Shown here piece after piece: positions 4,273-9,526 of a DNA stretch of 9,526 nt. The stretch comes from Puniceicoccales bacterium (GTDB taxonomy: Bacteria > Verrucomicrobiota > Verrucomicrobiia > Opitutales > JAIRKQ01): NCBI GenBank assembly GCA_031269795.1, contig JAISYR010000027.1, positions 1 to 9,526 of the forward strand, in the 5' to 3' direction. Positions within the stretch are counted from its first letter, which is position 1. Each line of letters starts with the position of its first letter. The notes below the pieces were generated by a model, which saw only the letters and a list, made by a program, of their open reading frames with translations, did not search any database and was not told the origin of the DNA. The translations under genes were made by a program, and so were the position numbers.

Positions 4273-5451
4273 ATGTATTGCCTAGAAAAAACATCAATTA
4301 CGACAAATAAACTGGGGCTATATTGCCATGTGCCATTTTGCGCTCACAGGTGCTCCTATTGTGCCTTTTATCAGGAACCACCGATCCGTCAACTGATTGA
4401 GCAATATTTGTTTGGCATAGAAAAGGAATTTTCTCTGTTGGGAATTAGACAACCTTTTGACACCATTTACGTTGGAGGAGGGACACCTGGCCTATTGACC
4501 CCCAAGAACCTCGAATGGTTGTGCAAAATTTTGACGAAAAATAACCATAAAGTACATCCCGTTGAATTTTCGGTAGAATTTTCTCCGGCTACGATAAAAA
4601 GAGATAAATTGGACATTTTGGCAAATTACCACTGTAACCGCATAACCATGGGAGTACAAAGTTTTAATCCAAAAATCATACAAATTCTTGGAAGGAGGCA
4701 GACCCATCGACAGGTTTTAGAAGCCTGGGAAATAATTTCATCCTGTAAGATTGGCAATGTCGGAATCGACTTAATTTTTGGAATTCCAGGACAAACACTC
4801 GATGAATGGATGCAAGACTTACAGCAGGCGGTCGATTTAAAGCCGCAGCACATCTCAACCTATAACCTAACGTTTGAAAATGACACTCCCCTTGGAGATA
4901 AATTACTTGCAAAATTTCTTGACAAAAAATCAAACGATGAGGAAGCGGACTTTTATTTGCAAACCTGGGACTTTCTCAGAAAGAATGGCTATGAACACTA
5001 TGAAATTTCCAATTTTTGTTTGCCCACCTTTGAAAGCGTTCACAACTCAAACACGTGGGAAATGCAAGATTGGATCGGGGTTGGTCCAGCTGCCTGTTCC
5101 CAATGTAAAAACCGAAGATTTGCCAACCCGCCGTCCATTGCCAGATGGCTACAATCTCTCGAACGGGGACATCTGGCCTATGTATATGAAGAGGTTCTCA
5201 GCGAACAAGTTCTTGCGGAGGATTCCATAATCTTTGGCCTGCGAATGAATAGGGGGATTGACATTTTAAACCTACGAAATAGGTATCCCACCGTTGATTT
5301 TTCACGGCTGGATGATTTATTTTCCCAGTTGGCAACCGGAGGCTTTTTGCAAGTGACAAACCATATCATCCGATTGACGGATGCGGGCCGTCTCATTGCG
5401 GACACCATTGCGGTAAAAATTTTAGAAAACATCCCTGTTCTTGCCTCCTAA
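4273..5451 (+). CDS. hemW: Radical SAM heme chaperone HemW (HemN-like, oxygen-independent coproporphyrinogen oxidase family)
   Basis: 392 aa. CAHRCSYC radical-SAM CxxxCxxC motif near the N-terminus, YVGGGTPG motif, and a HemN_C-like tail. The size and short N-terminus fit HemW rather than HemN. Confidence 0.85.
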   Translation: MYCLEKTSITTNKLGLYCHVPFCAHRCSYCAFYQEPPIRQLIEQYLFGIEKEFSLLGIRQPFDTIYVGGGTPGLLTPKNLEWLCKILTKNNHKVHPVEFSVEFSPATIKRDKLDILANYHCNRITMGVQSFNPKIIQILGRRQTHRQVLEAWEIISSCKIGNVGIDLIFGIPGQTLDEWMQDLQQAVDLKPQHISTYNLTFENDTPLGDKLLAKFLDKKSNDEEADFYLQTWDFLRKNGYEHYEISNFCLPTFESVHNSNTWEMQDWIGVGPAACSQCKNRRFANPPSIARWLQSLERGHLAYVYEEVLSEQVLAEDSIIFGLRMNRGIDILNLRNRYPTVDFSRLDDLFSQLATGGFLQVTNHIIRLTDAGRLIADTIAVKILENIPVLAS

Positions 5452-5503
5452 AACCTGATTTAGACAGGAATAAATTTAAAAACATGCCATCGATGTAAGC
5501 GCA

Positions 5504-8140
5504 TCAAGGATTTTCCTGCGGTTTATTGTAGCCACCCATGGCAAACGCTGCCCGCCCACCTCCGGATCCTTTGTATTTGAGTGTGAGTTTTTTAACAATG
5601 TCATTAGCATTAAAGCCGGCCACGATTGCAGCTTCGGAGCAACAGGCAACAACGGAACACTTGCCCTGTGTACACGAAGTCAAAGTTACTACGCCCTCTT
5701 CAATCCTATGCAAAATATCCAATGCCAATGTTCGCAATTCATCGGGCTGTAGGTCGTCGACCTCTTTTTCGATGTGAATCATTTTTCCTTCCGACGGAGA
5801 GCTCGCCCGTACCACTTCCAAGGCCATGTTTTGCAGAAACATTTGCCGGGCCACTTTCGCAGATTTTTCCAGTTCCTTGCAGCGATTCACAAAAGAATCT
5901 ACTTTATCCAAGAGTTCCGAAGGTTGGCATGTGAAGAGCTTACACTGCTGCCCGACAATGGCACCATGCGTTCTAAAAAGATCAAGGGCTGCTTGTCCCG
6001 TAACTGCTTCTATGCGCCGAATGCCAGCAGCAATCGCAGAGGTAGAAATAATTTTGAAACATGCAACTTCGGAGGTATTGTTGACATGGCATCCACCACA
6101 TAGCTCTTGGGAAAAGTCTCCAAATTCGACCACGCGAACAATTTCACCATATTTTTCTCCAAAATTGGCAATGCAGCCCGGAGGAATGTGATCTTTGTGA
6201 GTTTCAAAAATTTTGGAATTTTCGCAGTCGAGGATTTTTTCTTCCACGAGCTTTTCAACCTTTTCCAATTCTTGTTCCGTCGGAACAGCAAGGACATTGA
6301 AATCAAAACGAAGGCGTCGGTCATCGACATGGGATCCCGCCTGCTTGATGTGATTTCCAAGAACCTGTCGCAGGGCAAAATGGAGAATGTGGGTGACGGA
6401 ATGATTCCTAGAAACATTGCGGCGAAATGATTTATCAACTGACAAAATTGCCCCTTGGTGCGGAGATAGGGAGTCAATTTGTTCCCGTATTTCATGGAGG
6501 TAGCATCCGTTCTTATCCTTCTGCACATCGACCACATGAAAAATATGCGGTCCAATTTGGACGGTTCCCCGGTCCCCAACTTGTCCTCCGCATTCCGCAT
6601 AGAATGGAGTCTTGTCGAAAATTAGAAATGTTTTTCCTGCCCTACCAATGACATCCAATGTGACTGCCTGAATATTTTCAATGCTACCAATGTCATAGCC
6701 GACGAATTCCGTCTGTGGCACGGCATTATTTGCCACTTCGATGACAGATTTTTTCTGGGCTGAACGGGCAAGCATACGCTGTTTTTCCATGGCACATTTG
6801 AAACCATCAATGTCGACGGAGATTCCTCGTTCCGCCGCCATTAACTGTGTCAAATCCAGGGGAAATCCATAGGTGTCGTACAGCAAAAACGCATAATTTC
6901 CTGCGATAACGTTTCCAGACTTTTCGCAGATTTCATGGAAAATTGTAATCCCCCGGTCGATGGTTTTTGAAAATGATTGTTCTTCATTTTTCAGTACCGT
7001 TTCGATGGTTGACTTTTGTTCGACTAGTTCACCGAAAATTGCCCCCATTTTGTCGATGACTACCGATGACAGTTTTGAAAAAAATCCATGGGGTAGTTTT
7101 AGTAACTTTCCAAACATTACAGCTCTCCGCAGAATCCTGCGTAGAACGTAGCCACGACCTTCATTGGATGGGAATATTCCATCGCCTATGGCAAATGTCA
7201 GGGTTCTAACATGGTCAGCAATCGCCCGGAACCAAAAGTCAACGCGTTCATCCGATGACATGTTTGTTCGGGAAGTGGAAATAGTTCCATGGTATTTTTG
7301 GCCGCACATTTTTTCAGTCGCAGTGAAAATGTCCGCAAACAGGTCGCTATCGTAGTTGGATGGCAATTGGGAAAAATCGGAAAAGTTTTTAGTTTTTGCC
7401 AAAATTCCCACGACGCGTTCAAACCCGATCCCCGTGTCGACATGTTTGTCCTTTAAATTTTCAAAGGTTCCGTTGACCGTGGCATTAAATTGAATAAAGA
7501 CAAGGTTCCATAGCTCTATGCACCAGGGACTACCAGCGTTGACTAGTCCACCGTTGCTATCGCCTTTCGGGGTCAGGTCCATGTGTATTTCGGAGCATGG
7601 TCCACAGGGACCCGTGTCTCCCATCATCCAAAAATTATCGGCCTTGGAACCTTCGACGATATGAACTTTGGGATCCATGTTTTCCTTCAAGAAAATTTCT
7701 TCCCAGACGGCATATGATTCTTGGTCAAAGGAAGAGGGTTCGTTGGGTTTTGGGGAATAGATAGTGGCATAGAGTCTATTTTTAGGAAAATTCCAGACCT
7801 TTGTCAGCAGTTCCCAGGCCATTTCGATGGCTTCTCTTTTAAAATAATCCCCGAATGACCAATTGCCAAGCATTTCAAAGAACGTGTGGTGGTAAGTATC
7901 GAATCCGACGTCGTCGAGGTCATTGTGTTTCCCTCCTGCCCGGATACACTTCTGTGTATCAGCCACCTGTGGGCAGGTCGGTTGGGTTTGTCCGAGGAAA
8001 AACGGAACAAACTGGTTCATGCCAGCATTCGTAAACAGTAGGTTCGGTGTGTCGGGCAAAAGGGATGCCGACTTTACTATTTTATGCCCATGGCGGGAAA
8101 AAAAATCTAGGAACGACTGTCTAACCTCATTGGAGTTCAT
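5504..8140 (-). CDS. alaS: Alanine--tRNA ligase
   Basis: 878 aa. Motifs: FTNAGMNQF, KCIRAGGKHNDLDDVG, FFEMLGNWSFGDYFK, editing-domain HSVTHILH and CGGCHV, and a C-terminal GSGGGRAAFAMGG (DHHA1). Confidence 0.97.
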   Translation of the reverse strand: MNSNEVRQSFLDFFSRHGHKIVKSASLLPDTPNLLFTNAGMNQFVPFFLGQTQPTCPQVADTQKCIRAGGKHNDLDDVGFDTYHHTFFEMLGNWSFGDYFKREAIEMAWELLTKVWNFPKNRLYATIYSPKPNEPSSFDQESYAVWEEIFLKENMDPKVHIVEGSKADNFWMMGDTGPCGPCSEIHMDLTPKGDSNGGLVNAGSPWCIELWNLVFIQFNATVNGTFENLKDKHVDTGIGFERVVGILAKTKNFSDFSQLPSNYDSDLFADIFTATEKMCGQKYHGTISTSRTNMSSDERVDFWFRAIADHVRTLTFAIGDGIFPSNEGRGYVLRRILRRAVMFGKLLKLPHGFFSKLSSVVIDKMGAIFGELVEQKSTIETVLKNEEQSFSKTIDRGITIFHEICEKSGNVIAGNYAFLLYDTYGFPLDLTQLMAAERGISVDIDGFKCAMEKQRMLARSAQKKSVIEVANNAVPQTEFVGYDIGSIENIQAVTLDVIGRAGKTFLIFDKTPFYAECGGQVGDRGTVQIGPHIFHVVDVQKDKNGCYLHEIREQIDSLSPHQGAILSVDKSFRRNVSRNHSVTHILHFALRQVLGNHIKQAGSHVDDRRLRFDFNVLAVPTEQELEKVEKLVEEKILDCENSKIFETHKDHIPPGCIANFGEKYGEIVRVVEFGDFSQELCGGCHVNNTSEVACFKIISTSAIAAGIRRIEAVTGQAALDLFRTHGAIVGQQCKLFTCQPSELLDKVDSFVNRCKELEKSAKVARQMFLQNMALEVVRASSPSEGKMIHIEKEVDDLQPDELRTLALDILHRIEEGVVTLTSCTQGKCSVVACCSEAAIVAGFNANDIVKKLTLKYKGSGGGRAAFAMGGYNKPQENP

Positions 8141-8200
8141 TTATTGGGCAGTAAGCTAGGGAATGGGAAACATTTGCCAAATAAAAAATGTTCCGAGGGA

Positions 8201-8908
8201 TTATTTTTGCAACAGCTTCATGAGCGATTGAAATTTTTTCGGCAATGGGGATTCGATTTTCTGGGAAGAATTGATCCCAAGGCATGACAGATGGATCGGT
8301 AGATATTGTGTACTCCAATGGTTTTCGAGGTTCGGTGTTTTTAAGAATTTCTTCGTGATATTTATGCCGTGGGAAGCGTACAAATTTTCCCCGATTATTC
8401 CTAGGCCGCACTCGTGGGCATGGAGGCGGATTTGGTGTGGCCTCAGGAAACATGTGGTGGCTTGCCAATGTTCGTAGGGACCGACATTTTCGACGAACCG
8501 AAAATCCGTACGTGATTTTTTGCCGGTTTTGTGGGAAACGACCATGGTATGGCGGAAAGAATGTTTTGCGACGGGGAGATCACAGGTAATTATTTTGTCC
8601 AGGGCCGAGGGAAGTGTTAGCAGGTCGAATGTAAACGTAAGAAGTTGGGAACCATAGCAATTTCGCAGCTCAGCCGTCGATTGTTTCGTCTTCGCGACCA
8701 AAAATATTCCCGAAATTTCCCCGTCGAGGGTAAAGATTGCTTTTGGATATTCTGTCCATTGTTTCGGGAGGTGTTCAATAATTTTTTCGGAGGGAACATT
8801 GGGCGGTTTGTCGATGGCCAAAAAATCGTCCCGGTTTAGCAAGATTTTTACTTTTGTACTGGTTTCACGAATTGTATTTGGGGGAAAGCCGATGAAATTT
8901 CGTTCCAT
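8201..8908 (-). CDS. Divergent RluA-family pseudouridine synthase-like protein
   Basis: AIDKPPNV (compare DKPxG), FTLDGEISGIFLVAKT (compare HRLDxxTSGxxxxAKT) and LRPHQIRLHAHECGLGIIGENLY (compare GRxHQIRxH...GxPIxGDxxY). The track start is TTG 8914, immediately after the ruvA stop. I prefer ATG 8908. Confidence 0.7.
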   Translation of the reverse strand: MERNFIGFPPNTIRETSTKVKILLNRDDFLAIDKPPNVPSEKIIEHLPKQWTEYPKAIFTLDGEISGIFLVAKTKQSTAELRNCYGSQLLTFTFDLLTLPSALDKIITCDLPVAKHSFRHTMVVSHKTGKKSRTDFRFVENVGPYEHWQATTCFLRPHQIRLHAHECGLGIIGENLYASHGINITKKFLKTPNLENHWSTQYLPIHLSCLGINSSQKIESPLPKKFQSLMKLLQK

Positions 8909-8914
8909 TGGCAA

Positions 8915-9526
8915 TTACGTGTTTAGGGCAGACCGAATTATTGCTTCCGTCGAAGCATTGTTTCCGAGCCGTTCGATTGACTGTCGGATAGCCCGTTCCG
9001 CATCGGTCGTTTTATATCCCAACGACAGGAGGGCGGCCATGGCATCACCAATGTTGCTCGACTGGGAAGAAGATTTTTTGTTCGTCGGTATGATAGATTT
9101 TGCTGCGATAGCGGAAATATCCTTGTCGGACAACTCCATGATTATTCTCTCTGCAGATTTCTTGCCGATGCCGTGGCATTTGGCTAAAATATCAGCATTC
9201 CGCGTTGAAATGGCGTCCTTGAGTACCGTCAGAGACAATTTACTCATAATATTCAGGGCTGTTCGCGGACCGATTCCCGAGACTTTTTCGACGATTAGCT
9301 TGAAAAAATCCCGTTCTTCGGTCCTTAGGAATCCGTACAATTCCTGCCTATCCTCCCGGTAAACTGGGTAGATTTGTAACTTCACGCATTCGCCGAGGGC
9401 CGGCAGCTGGCAGCTAACGGTCAGGGGGATATTTATGAAATATCCAATTCCTCCGATTTCTACCGTCGCCGATGTAGCTTCGGATCCCACGAGCGTACCT
9501 GTGAGAAAAACTATCACAATTTTCAT
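8915..9526 (-). CDS. ruvA: Holliday junction branch migration complex subunit RuvA
   Basis: 203 aa. N-terminal OB region VEIGGIGYFINIP, HhH motifs VSGIGPRTALNIMS and CHGIGKKSAERIIMEL, and domain III ALLSLGYKTTDAERAI. The ATG sits exactly at the window edge, so the start cannot be checked against upstream sequence. Confidence 0.9.
   Translation of the reverse strand: MKIVIVFLTGTLVGSEATSATVEIGGIGYFINIPLTVSCQLPALGECVKLQIYPVYREDRQELYGFLRTEERDFFKLIVEKVSGIGPRTALNIMSKLSLTVLKDAISTRNADILAKCHGIGKKSAERIIMELSDKDISAIAAKSIIPTNKKSSSQSSNIGDAMAALLSLGYKTTDAERAIRQSIERLGNNASTEAIIRSALNT

Noticed and set aside
5538-8159. Numerous 60-196-aa ORFs in other frames or on the opposite strand within alaS (for example 5538-5777, 5774-6103, 6010-6600, 6107-6430, 7923-8159)
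   Set aside because: They are fully embedded in a high-confidence 878-aa AlaRS frame. Their sequences are low-complexity or arbitrary with no recognisable motifs. These are typical shadow ORFs.
8166-8194. Imperfect hairpin (ggaaacatt / aatgttcc, 12-nt loop) between the rluA-like stop and the alaS start, as an intrinsic terminator
   Set aside because: The stem is bulged, the loop is large, and no U-tract follows on the minus (sense) strand. It is not a convincing rho-independent terminator.
8799-9362. 187-aa plus-strand ORF antisense to ruvA and the rluA-like start
   Set aside because: The opposite-strand frame carries clear RuvA motifs (HhH pairs, domain III). The plus-strand product has no recognisable features.

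Overview
AT-rich bacterial chromosomal window. Most of it is housekeeping. The minus strand carries tRNA-Asn(GTT) and tRNA-Gln(TTG). The plus strand carries an acyltransferase-3 family membrane protein, a monomeric [FeFe]-hydrogenase-type protein (two ferredoxin-like 4Fe-4S motifs plus an H-cluster domain) and hemW. A minus-strand ruvA / divergent RluA-like / alaS run fills the right end. Chromosomal genes here have no recognisable Shine-Dalgarno sequence. The unusual part lies downstream (in tRNA sense) of the two tRNAs. Each tRNA is followed at a fixed offset by the same ~150-bp module: 95/135 identical by hand count in an ungapped alignment, with three near-perfect blocks at conserved spacing. 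Each module holds two tandem 11-mers whose sequence differs between loci but matches within a locus (TTTTTATACAT x2 versus WTTTTGTCCAT x2). Behind the tRNA-Gln copy sits an array of three excisionase/AlpA-type HTH modules. The first has no canonical start codon but overlaps the next by ATGA. The second is intact with a strong SD. The third is frameshifted. A strong-SD orphan ATG stub follows and runs antisense into the hydrogenase 3' end. My reading is a decayed tRNA-Gln-associated integrative element without an integrase, with a related element at tRNA-Asn lying mostly off the left edge. The 11-mers would be candidate arm-type or RDF binding sites. That reading is inference. The repeats, frames and motifs are read directly from the sequence. 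No CRISPR array, transposase or recognisable defence genes were seen.
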